Below, in pieces: positions 18,848 through 27,203 of a DNA stretch of 64,000 nucleotides. The DNA comes from a virus (Duplodnaviria; Caudoviricetes), in the IMG/VR virus record IMGVR_UViG_3300016662_000119, positions 270 to 64,269 of that record. One strand, 5' to 3'. The position numbers and the translations under genes are program-made. Within the stretch, counting starts at the first letter, position 1. The number at the start of each line of letters is the position of its first letter. The notes beneath the pieces were generated by a model, which ran no database searches, was not told the DNA's origin, and saw only the letters and a list, made by a program, of their open reading frames with translations.

Positions 18848-19866
18848 GCTGGCACTCGAAGCGCGGCAAGCTGAGCGCTATACACGTCACACTCCAGCGG
18901 ACTATTCGGATTAGGCGCCCGGTCAAACAGAACACCCAAGCCCTGCTCGCGCTTATATGCATTCAACTCATCGACCAATGCAGTGAGCCGTTGCTGCCAG
19001 TTATCCATGCGCGTTTGAGCGCGTAGGTATCGGGCCAGACCTTCGCGCATCGCTGTGATGCGGATTCGCGCACCTGAAACGTCATGACCATCACGCGCCA
19101 ACTGGTCCAGCAACTCCACCTCCAAGGCGCGATTGCGCGGGTCCATCAGAACCTTCGGCGACAGCATGCCGTCACCGAAGCGCTCGTCGCGGTCATGCGG
19201 ATCGGCTGCCGCAATCGGATAGTGGTAGTTGACCGGTTGCGCCTGCTCTTCGTCAACGATTTCCCAGGTAGTGGGAACGGTTTCCATGAATTCACAGGCA
19301 ATCGGAAACTGATCGGCGCGCAAATCTTCAATGGCCTCGACGTTGAACTTGCGCAACAGGGCCGAAGTCATATTGCGGAACGTAGGCTCAATCACCTTTC
19401 CACGATTCATCATGTCGGGGATTTCGTTGACCTTTTCCATGACGCGACGTTGGCAAATCTCTTTCAGTACTGCCAGTTGATCGCCTGCGATGCGCGCCGG
19501 CGCCGCTGCTAGGCGCTGGCGCTCGATCTCCGCGTCCAGGATGTTCAGCACCCACACGCGGAAAGCCTTGGCGGTGTCAGTCCTGGCAAACATGGCCAGC
19601 AGGTGCGCGCCGCGAAGACTGAAGATGCGTACGGATTGCTTGCCGCCCGCCGTCGCCAGCTTGACCACTTTGGTCATGGTGGCAGTGAATTCATCAGTGT
19701 GCTTCAAAAAAATCTTCGCCAGCCCGCTGCCCTTTTGAGCATACCCAAGTGCCAGCTCGATCTCGGACATCCGAAGCCAGATTTGCCCTGCTCGCGACAA
19801 CGGTTTTAGTGCTGCTCCTTGAAACGCAAGGGCGGTCGTGGTAGTATTCATTTCGTTAAACCTCAC
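18844..19866 (-). CDS. Bro-N-domain antirepressor (P22 Ant-like)
   Basis: QIWLRMSEIELALGY...VRIFSLRGAHLLAMFARTDTAKAFRVWVLNILD. Lies downstream of an arc-like gene. Confidence 0.85.
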   Translation of the reverse strand: MRFNEMNTTTTALAFQGAALKPLSRAGQIWLRMSEIELALGYAQKGSGLAKIFLKHTDEFTATMTKVVKLATAGGKQSVRIFSLRGAHLLAMFARTDTAKAFRVWVLNILDAEIERQRLAAAPARIAGDQLAVLKEICQRRVMEKVNEIPDMMNRGKVIEPTFRNMTSALLRKFNVEAIEDLRADQFPIACEFMETVPTTWEIVDEEQAQPVNYHYPIAAADPHDRDERFGDGMLSPKVLMDPRNRALEVELLDQLARDGHDVSGARIRITAMREGLARYLRAQTRMDNWQQRLTALVDELNAYKREQGLGVLFDRAPNPNSPLECDVYSAQLAALRVPA

Positions 19867-19923
19867 TCTCAGTGGTTGACATAAGCCCCGAATCCATCTG
19901 CCAGGATCGTTCGGGGTTTTTCT

Positions 19924-20082
19924 TTACGGCACAACATTCTTCTTTTCCTTCTCCCTGCATTCTTTTAACTTTTGCACAATCTCGTTATTAAGAGATCGGC
20001 CGCTCACATTTGCTTCGCACGCAAGCCAAGCGCGCAAATCTGAAGGCATCCGCAAAGGATAGGCACTTACCTGCTGGCTCAT
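19924..20082 (-). CDS. Arc-like ribbon-helix-helix repressor (52 aa)
   Basis: Hand-translated: MSQQVSAYPLRMPSDLRAWLACEANVSGRSLNNEIVQKLKECREKEKKNVVP. Confidence 0.85.
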   Translation of the reverse strand: MSQQVSAYPLRMPSDLRAWLACEANVSGRSLNNEIVQKLKECREKEKKNVVP

Positions 20083-20112
20083 AATTTCTCCTATATTTAG
20101 ATGAATTAACTT

Positions 20113-20162
20113 TAGACTCTTATAGACTCAGAGTCAAGTAGATTCTTGATCCAATAAGACTC
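20113..20162. promoter_or_regulatory. Candidate Arc/Mnt operator array between divergent RHH genes
   Basis: TAGACTC at 20113 and 20123, palindrome GACTCAGAGTC at 20125-20135, TAGATTC at 20139 and AAGACTC at 20156. Confidence 0.6.
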
Positions 20163-20180
20163 ATCGTGCACAATGCATGA

Positions 20181-20885
20181 ATGACAAAGCCATCGCAGAC
20201 AACACCATATCCCCTCCGCATGCCAGAAGAGCTACGTGCGCGCCTTGAGTCAGATGCGAAGCTCGCGGGCCGCTCTCTTCAAGCGGAGATCCTCCGGCGC
20301 CTTACCTTAACGCTTGGAAGTGACCCTTTGGCGCTTGACCCTGCACAGCTGAAAATTTCCATACCCAACAAGCTTTACAACAAAATACGGCGGGCCGCAG
20401 TTGAAAACAGTACTCTCCCCAACGACGAAATTGCGCAACGCTTAGAAGCGTCATTTGAAATCGGGCCAAAGCAAGATAGCGTCGCTCCGATTTTCGAGCT
20501 CGCGCTTCGCTTGGCAGACTCTCAAGGACTATTTGCTGGGGTGCTTGCAGCACTATCAAAGCGACTACTTGAGAAGCATCCACCTGAGTCCTTTGGCCTA
20601 ACAGAGCGCGAGTACGCAGTGACTGATCGATTGTTGTCAAAGTCGGTTCACCGAATCGATTACGACGAAAGCGACATAACTGAATTGTTAGGTATTGCAA
20701 GTTTGCTTGGTTCGATCGTGCCAAAGGAGTGGCCAGGCAATTCCAATACGGACATCCCTGCATCGCCACAAGGGTCTTCCGTATCGACAGACCCTTTACC
20801 GACAAAACGGGTGACGCGCTCCCCGCAAAAAAAAGCCATCGAAGGTGTACAAGTACACCCGCCTGTGCCTAAAAAAAATCCATAA
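20181..20885 (+). CDS. Mnt/Arc-family repressor with a C-terminal extension
   Basis: YPLRMPEELRARLESDAKLAGRSLQAEILRRL followed by a second degenerate RHH-like segment. Divergent from the arc-like gene. Confidence 0.8.
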   Translation: MTKPSQTTPYPLRMPEELRARLESDAKLAGRSLQAEILRRLTLTLGSDPLALDPAQLKISIPNKLYNKIRRAAVENSTLPNDEIAQRLEASFEIGPKQDSVAPIFELALRLADSQGLFAGVLAALSKRLLEKHPPESFGLTEREYAVTDRLLSKSVHRIDYDESDITELLGIASLLGSIVPKEWPGNSNTDIPASPQGSSVSTDPLPTKRVTRSPQKKAIEGVQVHPPVPKKNP

Positions 20886-21064
20886 AGTTGCATTTCAATG
20901 CAACTTCATAGTTTGCGAGGGACTTAAAGTCACTCGTAAATCTCAGGAGCATCCGCGTACCGGGTCCCTTCTTTCACCGGTATGCCGAGTATGCCGCGTC
21001 ATCACTCCCCTATCAACCACACCAATTGCGGATTTCCTGTGGTTGACAGCTCGCCACGAAAGGG

Positions 21065-21424
21065 CTACGGCTTCTTGTTTTGGTGATGCATAAACAACAC
21101 GTCAAGGCGATCGATCACGCCCTCTTCGAACGGATCGAAGCGCACGCCGTGGCGCGCCTGCCAAGCCAGTATCTCGGGACTGGTGAGCGCGTTCACGGCC
21201 ATGCCGCACTGGCGTTTCTGGTTCAGCTGGGCGAACCAGGTCCAGATGTAGGCCAGTTCGGGCGGCAGTTGGGGCACCGCTGGCGCCTCGGGCGCCCGGT
21301 AAAGCGGGTTTTGCCGGGCCGTGTCCAGGTGGTCGCCCTTGGCGTTGCCGTCGCCTGCCGCTGCTGCTCGATCAAACAGGTGATCGGCGTACAGCAGCAG
21401 GGCCTGGGTTAGACCTTCAAAAAA
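21065..21424 (-). CDS. Tail assembly chaperone gpT-like frame, reached by a -1 frameshift
   Basis: The -1 frame is open from the slippery site to 21065 (...PQLPPELAYIWTWFAQLNQKRQ...). Confidence 0.75.
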   Translation of the reverse strand, partial: FFEGLTQALLLYADHLFDRAAAAGDGNAKGDHLDTARQNPLYRAPEAPAVPQLPPELAYIWTWFAQLNQKRQCGMAVNALTSPEILAWQARHGVRFDPFEEGVIDRLDVLFMHHQNKKP

Positions 21425-21882
21425 TTGGCGTCATTTTCCAGGGCGGCCGTGACGCGCTCTTGCCAGGTCGGGTATTTGTCGAACGCCGTGGCGATCAGAC
21501 CCTTGTCGAACGGCACGGCGGCGCCATTGCTGGTGAAGCCGTACCAGTCGACGGCCACGGCCAGCGCCAGGCGCTTCTGGTTGTCATCGATGACGTGCAC
21601 CAACTGATCCGCGCCTTCGTCGGTGGAAGCGTCGATGGCGGTCTTGCGCTTGGCCGACTTCTTATAGCCTTCAGCGCGCACGGCGTGGCTTTCCTTGCGG
21701 TATTCGTCGGAATTCTTGCCGACGATCCTGATGCCGGCCACGGGCTCGCCGTCGGCGTCGAAGATCACGGGCACGTCGAAGGTCACGCGCGCGGCAGGCG
21801 CGGACAGGTTGGCGATGTCGAAGCCAGCGACGGCCAGGGCTTGAGCGGCGTTCAGGACTGCAGGTGCTTGGGTGGTATTCAT
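21409..21882 (-). CDS. Tail assembly chaperone gpG-like
   Basis: Lies between the tail tube and tape measure genes and ends AAT TTT TTG AAG GTC TAA. Confidence 0.8.
   Translation of the reverse strand: MNTTQAPAVLNAAQALAVAGFDIANLSAPAARVTFDVPVIFDADGEPVAGIRIVGKNSDEYRKESHAVRAEGYKKSAKRKTAIDASTDEGADQLVHVIDDNQKRLALAVAVDWYGFTSNGAAVPFDKGLIATAFDKYPTWQERVTAALENDANFLKV
21418..21424 (-). other. Programmed -1 frameshift slippery heptamer T TTT TTG
   Basis: X XXY YYZ heptamer in the correct phase, two codons before the gpG stop. Confidence 0.75.
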
Positions 21883-22063
21883 GGATAGTGCCTTTCGTGG
21901 GTTTTGATAAGTGCCCGTGCCGGCTGCCGCGCCCACGAAGGCGACAGCGACCGGCCGGTGCTGGGGTTGGCTTGCGCCAAAAAGGATGCCCGGCGCGTGG
22001 CCGGGCGAAAATGAAGCAAAAATAGCGTACCGTCAGGCCGTTCCCAAACTGACGGCCTGACAA

Positions 22064-23266
22064 TTACAGGCTCGTGTCCTGGAACGCCACGGTCGTGGCC
22101 TCGTGCTGCGCGTCAGCGCCCTGGTACCTGAGCACATCAAAAGAGCAAGTGATAATCTTGTTTTTCTCGCCATCATCGACCTTGGCCGAGGTGATCTTGA
22201 TGCGGCCCATGGCGATCGCCATGACTTCAGCCAGCGGCGCCGTGCTGGCTGCCATGGCGTAGGCCAGCGGCAGCTCGACTTCCTGCTTGAAGTAGTCGAT
22301 GTATGCCGAATCCTGCATCAGCACCGTGAACTGGCCGCTGCCCAGCACCTTGCCGCGCGAGGCGGCCGTGGCGAACTTGGAGCCGATCACGGGATCGATC
22401 TTGACCTGGCCATCCAGCGACAGCGACATGCCCGTGCAGATTTGCGACGGAATGCCGGCGACAGACAGCATCGCGGTGGCGCCAGAGAACTTGCCGGTAC
22501 CGGGCGTGGCGGCGGGTGCCGCGAAGTACGCCGCTGGCGTGGTCGGACCTTCCAGCTTGCCCATCAGGGTGAAGTCCATGCTCGTGATGCCATTCGGCTG
22601 CACGGCGATGTCGACCTTGCTCACCAGCTGGTCGATGAAGCAACGATTCACGGCGATGCCCGGATCCTGCACTTCCGCGGTGAACCAGTCCGTAGTGTGC
22701 CCGGTCAATGGGGTGAAGCTGCGCTTGCCGGTCGCGGTCACGGTCACAGGGTCGCCGGCGGCTTTGACCGTCATCGCCGAGCCGTCCATGAACTGGCCTG
22801 CCAATACCAAGGCAGTCACCGAGGTCACGAAGAAATTCTTGCCGTTGTTGGCGGAGCCAGTGGTCAGCAGGCCGCTGATGCGCACCACGGTACCGGCACG
22901 GTGGCCGTCGGCCAGCCAGGAGCCGGCGCTGCGCGTCAGGCCCGTTGCGCCCGATGCGATGGTGTTCTGTGCCGTGGTGACGCCGCCAGCAGTGAAGTCG
23001 CGGCGCAGCAGCGCGGCCAGCAGCACCGCGTAGGTCCCGCAGCTCGCCTCGCCCTTAATGGCGCCGGAGGTGCGGAAGTTGCCCAGGCGGGTGTCGCTCT
23101 GTTGCTGGCTTGGGTCGATCTCGGCCGAACTGTACTTGTCGGCGTCCGTGTCGAACGTCGCGGTCACGCGCGGATAGAGGCGGCCGGCGGCGGCCAGCGC
23201 CTTCGTGCCTTCCGCTGTTTGCTTGCCGATAACGAGCAGGCTGTCGATGCCGTTTGCAGTGGTCAT
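22064..23266 (-). CDS. Major tail tube protein
   Basis: 400 aa, Thr/Gly/Ala-rich, between the tail terminator and chaperone genes. Confidence 0.85.
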   Translation of the reverse strand: MTTANGIDSLLVIGKQTAEGTKALAAAGRLYPRVTATFDTDADKYSSAEIDPSQQQSDTRLGNFRTSGAIKGEASCGTYAVLLAALLRRDFTAGGVTTAQNTIASGATGLTRSAGSWLADGHRAGTVVRISGLLTTGSANNGKNFFVTSVTALVLAGQFMDGSAMTVKAAGDPVTVTATGKRSFTPLTGHTTDWFTAEVQDPGIAVNRCFIDQLVSKVDIAVQPNGITSMDFTLMGKLEGPTTPAAYFAAPAATPGTGKFSGATAMLSVAGIPSQICTGMSLSLDGQVKIDPVIGSKFATAASRGKVLGSGQFTVLMQDSAYIDYFKQEVELPLAYAMAASTAPLAEVMAIAMGRIKITSAKVDDGEKNKIITCSFDVLRYQGADAQHEATTVAFQDTSL

Positions 23267-23332
23267 GATGTGGATTGCCTTTCTTTGGTCGAAAAAAAAG
23301 ACCGCCGAGGCGATCTGTGTGGGGTGATGTAG

Positions 23333-23734
23333 TTACAGGTTGCAGAAATACCTGATCTTGACAGGGACCATCCAGCGATCACCGTCCTCGCGGCCGTCAG
23401 CGATTTCAGGCGTGCGCTCAATCTGAACGGTCACGTCGCCCTTCGTGAAGCTAGCGCCGCGGCGGAACAACTCCCTGATCATTTCAGCGCGCGCGCCGGC
23501 GGCGGCGGTGCCCTGCCCTGGCGGATACAGCAAGCTGACCTGGAAGATGCCGCGCTCCTGGCGTGCGCCATCGCCCATGGAATGATTGTCCGGTTCCGCC
23601 GGCAGCAAATAGGCCGCTTGGTACGGCCGGCCAGTGACTGGCGTGTACGGCACGTTCTGCCAAGCGGTGTCGATGGCTGGCGCGAGGCTGGCCAAGGCCG
23701 CCTCCAGCGCCGCTCGTATTGTTGGTTGGCTCAT
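23333..23734 (-). CDS. Tail terminator-like protein
   Basis: 133 aa with TAWQNVPY...GIFQVSLLYP...W. Expected position. Confidence 0.75.
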   Translation of the reverse strand: MSQPTIRAALEAALASLAPAIDTAWQNVPYTPVTGRPYQAAYLLPAEPDNHSMGDGARQERGIFQVSLLYPPGQGTAAAGARAEMIRELFRRGASFTKGDVTVQIERTPEIADGREDGDRWMVPVKIRYFCNL

Positions 23735-24231
23735 AATTTATAGCTCGAATAGCCTTGGGCGAACTCGCTTGCGGTGGTGCCGTCGCGCACGCCGTTCACA
23801 GCATTGTCCACAATGGTGCGGAATTCCACGACCGTCAGCATCACGACGCCGACGGGCGCCTGGCGCGACCAGCCCTCCTCGATGCGTTTCGCATAAGGTA
23901 AATTGTTGACTACGTAGATCACGTCACCTGCCTTCGCCGCGTTGATCGTGCTGCCGTGCGCGGCAATCGTGGCGCTGCCGTCCTTATCGATCAGGTCCCG
24001 CACGCCCGCAGCCGGCGAGCCGATGGAAAGCTGCCAGTTGGCGCGGAAGCGACCGCCGGTGTAGCCAGGCGGCGGTTTGCGCTTCCAGAACTTGGCATCA
24101 CCTACCGGCGAGCGCTGCACCAGCTTGTTGTCGATCTTCATGGTGATAGCACGCACTACCAGATCCTGATTAGCCCTCGTCTTGGCGATAAATTCGGCGA
24201 TCTGCATGGAAAACGACATACTGGCCATCAA
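23731..24231 (-). CDS. HK97 gp10-like neck/tail completion protein
   Basis: RSPVGD...GRFRANWQLS...NNLPYAKRIEEGWSRQAP. Confidence 0.8.
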   Translation of the reverse strand: MMASMSFSMQIAEFIAKTRANQDLVVRAITMKIDNKLVQRSPVGDAKFWKRKPPPGYTGGRFRANWQLSIGSPAAGVRDLIDKDGSATIAAHGSTINAAKAGDVIYVVNNLPYAKRIEEGWSRQAPVGVVMLTVVEFRTIVDNAVNGVRDGTTASEFAQGYSSYKL

Positions 24232-24602
24232 ATCCCCCTAAGTTGCAGTGTGTGCAGCACGGTCACGTCGACCGGCGCCGTGGTTTCAACGCTCTTTACC
24301 GTGTAGCTGGCGCCGCCGAACAGCACCAAATCGGCCGCCGTTGGCACTGGCATAGGCGCACCATTGCGCTGCAGCGGCGACAGCAGCAGCCTCTGGTCGC
24401 CCGCCAGGATCAATGTGCCGTCGATGTTCTCGGTCTCGTAGGCGATCTTCACGCCCGTGCCTTCGTAATTCGTTGCGGTAGTGGGCGCCGCGCCCAGGTC
24501 CGGGTCATATTCGCCGGTCACGACCTGGCGCAGCACCACGATGCCGCCCTTGCGGCGCAGGGACTGGTCGGCGCGCGCCGCCGTCTTGGTGTAGTCGGTC
24601 AT
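24228..24602 (-). CDS. Head closure/head-tail joining protein
   Basis: 124 aa, beta-rich, in the head-tail module. Confidence 0.7.
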   Translation of the reverse strand: MTDYTKTAARADQSLRRKGGIVVLRQVVTGEYDPDLGAAPTTATNYEGTGVKIAYETENIDGTLILAGDQRLLLSPLQRNGAPMPVPTAADLVLFGGASYTVKSVETTAPVDVTVLHTLQLRGI

Positions 24603-24605
24603 AGA

Positions 24606-24977
24606 CTATGGCACTTTCATATAGTCATACGGCGGCGTCTCTGCGAAGCGCACCGCCTTGATCGTGGTTTTGCCGTCGATCAGGGCACGCAGCACGCGAT
24701 GCCAGCCGTCCATGATGAAGCCTTGCTGGCACATAATAATAGGGTGGGTGGTGTCGACGTCCAGCGCTCGGCGCGCGTGATGCGCAATGCCGTAGGCCGA
24801 GCCCACAGGTGTCCAGACCTCGCTGCCGGAGTAGATTGCCGCCAGCGGCAGGTCGAACGGCACCAAATCCCTGGCGCGCGCGATCAGGTTGGTGACGATC
24901 CAAACCTTGTCGCCGTCGCGGTAGTTGTTGTCAACAACGAAACAGCCATCGATCTTCACTGCGGGATATGCGCTCAT
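24606..24977 (-). CDS. ParB/Srx-like domain protein
   Basis: PIIM...IMDGWHRVLRA resembles the ParB-N DGxHR motif. Confidence 0.6.
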   Translation of the reverse strand: MSAYPAVKIDGCFVVDNNYRDGDKVWIVTNLIARARDLVPFDLPLAAIYSGSEVWTPVGSAYGIAHHARRALDVDTTHPIIMCQQGFIMDGWHRVLRALIDGKTTIKAVRFAETPPYDYMKVP

Positions 24978-25483
24978 GCTCGTCTCACCTTGATCGAATT
25001 GCCGCCGCCGGTCGCGCCAAAATAAGGTGTGAGCAGTGAATCAACGGCAACGAAGCGCTCGCGCGCGTCCGTGGTGTTTTGGAAGTACTCATCCTCCAAC
25101 AGCCCAATCTTGGTTTTCTTGATAACGTTCGACCCCGTATCCAAGTCCGGCAGCAAGTCCTCGGCGGTAGCGCGCACGGCCAGGTCGATGCAGGCATTGA
25201 CGATGTCGAGCGGCACAATGGTGCTGGGCACGATGAAGCCGTCGACCGCCACGTTGTAGCGCGGCCAATCCAGCGCCTGGTGCTGATACACCCGGCGACC
25301 TGCCCAGCGCGTGCGGTAAGTCGCCATAAACAGCGTCGCCTTGCGCAAGGCGATTTCCTTCGAAGGCTCGGCTAGCGCCGCCCATGCGGTCTGGCCCAGG
25401 CTGGCGCAGCGCGCATCTGCCGCGGCGACACTGGCATAGGATTCGGCGTCGGCCAGGCCGGTGCCGCTTTCGATGGTGAGCAT
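24974..25483 (-). CDS. Head-tail adaptor (DnaT-like annotation family)
   Basis: ESGTGLADAESYASVAAAD...QALDWPR...VP..IVNA. Confidence 0.75.
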   Translation of the reverse strand: MLTIESGTGLADAESYASVAAADARCASLGQTAWAALAEPSKEIALRKATLFMATYRTRWAGRRVYQHQALDWPRYNVAVDGFIVPSTIVPLDIVNACIDLAVRATAEDLLPDLDTGSNVIKKTKIGLLEDEYFQNTTDARERFVAVDSLLTPYFGATGGGNSIKVRRA

Positions 25484-25589
25484 AAATGTCCTATTGCTTG
25501 ATAAGAAATTTCAATTTTCCTTTGAATTATCATAAAAGCATCTTATTATGACAATCTTAATGCATTTTCACTATCGCAAAGGAATGATA

Positions 25590-26246
25590 ATGAAGCCTAT
25601 CTTTACCAAAATCTTGCTCAGCACTTTACTTTTATTCTCATCGCTCCAGGCTCAAGCAACCACATACTCCAATCTTTCATATCCATACCACAATATTTCC
25701 GCTCTTGGAGTATGGCCGCCGTACTTAATTAGCATGGGTGAAACGTTTCACTCGCCCGGAGGAATGCTTAGGGATTTCACCTTTTATGCGGCTTCGGGTG
25801 AAGGCGCAAACGTTTCGTTAACAATTGCGTCTTGGGACGGAGGGAAAGCCGTCGGACCGGCGCTATACGTCAGCGCACCCATTGAGTACACGGGCGGCGA
25901 CCATGCAATCGGGGCAAAGGACATCAACTTAAAATTAATTCCCAATGAAAATTACATTGCATATTTGACGCCTGTAGGCATCATCAATCCACTTTCACAA
26001 GTGATAATGAAAGGATCTTGGTCTGACGGAGGCTTACCAGGTGGATACAGAATTCAATATACCCCTGAAGGTGTTGATCTTCTTGAATTCCAACGTGACT
26101 GGTTCCGCGATCAGTCGCGTGTACCAAACATGGCATATACAGCAAATATCACATTTCCTGTACCAGAGCCAGAAACCTACGCCATGCTGCTAGCAGGCTT
26201 AGCCTTCGTCGGTTTCGCTGCACGGCGCAAGGCTAAGTTGGCTTAA
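25590..26246 (+). CDS. PEP-CTERM sorting-domain secreted protein (moron)
   Basis: AAAGGA RBS. Signal peptide ending AQA and C-terminal VPEPETYAMLLAGLAFVGFAARRKAKLA. Antisense to the head operon. Confidence 0.9.
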   Translation: MKPIFTKILLSTLLLFSSLQAQATTYSNLSYPYHNISALGVWPPYLISMGETFHSPGGMLRDFTFYAASGEGANVSLTIASWDGGKAVGPALYVSAPIEYTGGDHAIGAKDINLKLIPNENYIAYLTPVGIINPLSQVIMKGSWSDGGLPGGYRIQYTPEGVDLLEFQRDWFRDQSRVPNMAYTANITFPVPEPETYAMLLAGLAFVGFAARRKAKLA

Positions 26247-26299
26247 TTGAATTCCGGCGTCGGTCAAGCTGTAGTGGTCAACCCATCCCGGACACTACG

Positions 26300-26615
26300 T
26301 TAAGTTTTTCTTCGGCGACGGCCGGTGCTGCTGTCGCCCGCAATTGCCGCACCGAATTTGTTCCCTGCGGTCAGGTGCTGATCGTTGAATCCTACTGTCA
26401 GCCTGATCAGCCCATCAGGGTTACCTGAACCTGGCGTGGCTGCCGCGGATAACAGCAGGGCCATCCCATATTCAAGAGAGTCGCCGTCGACCATGGAGGC
26501 ATGGAACGAGGCAGTAGACCACACCAGCCGTACCGGCAGAGCCGCTGACACTCAGGACTTGACCTTCTGGCAGGCGGATAGTTTGCGGCGTGCCGCCGGC
26601 GATGATGGTTGGCAT
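26300..26615 (-). pseudogene. Probable remnant of a deleted gene
   Basis: ATG at 26615 reads MPTIIAGGTPQTIRLPEGQVLSVSGSAGTAGVVY and stops after 47 codons. A second protein-like fragment in another frame ends at 26300. Confidence 0.4.
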
Positions 26616-26677
26616 GGTGGCTTTCGGGAATGCGGTTTATGGAATGCCCCGGCGCGCGCGGAGGTGATAGCCAGGGA

Positions 26678-27139
26678 TTAGGCCTTGGCGGCCTTGGCTG
26701 GCTTTTCGGCCGTGGCGGTTGCCGGTGCAACTTGCGACTGTGTGGCGGCGACTGCGGCATCTTTCGCGGCCTGGAGACTTGCCGCTTCAATGCGCAGGCG
26801 CTGCGCTTCAGCCTCGTTTGCGCGGGCCTGTTCGGCGACGCGATCCTTCTCGGACGCCAGTTCGCGTTCGCGCTGCTGCAAATCATCGTGCGCTACCAGC
26901 AGATCAGAGCGTACAGCCATCAGCTCGGCTGCGGTCGCCACGCGCTCGACCGCGCCTTGATCAATATATTCGGCCTTGATCGTGACTTCCGGCACGTCTT
27001 CAGCGGCATTGACGCGGCCAACAGTCACGTTTGCATCGATGATCTTGAGGCCAGCCTGGCGCGCGAGCGCCTTGACGTCCTCGTTATACTGGAACATCGG
27101 CCCAGCCAGATACCAGATGTTTTCCGGATCTTTTTCCAT
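26678..27139 (-). CDS. Head-associated hypothetical protein with a coiled coil
   Basis: 153 aa ORF directly after the capsid gene. Confidence 0.7.
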   Translation of the reverse strand: MEKDPENIWYLAGPMFQYNEDVKALARQAGLKIIDANVTVGRVNAAEDVPEVTIKAEYIDQGAVERVATAAELMAVRSDLLVAHDDLQQRERELASEKDRVAEQARANEAEAQRLRIEAASLQAAKDAAVAATQSQVAPATATAEKPAKAAKA

Positions 27140-27203
27140 TTGGAACTCCGTTTTTTGTGCTTTATTGAAGAAGCCGCGCCCCGTTTAGAGGCGCGGCGCA
27201 GGC

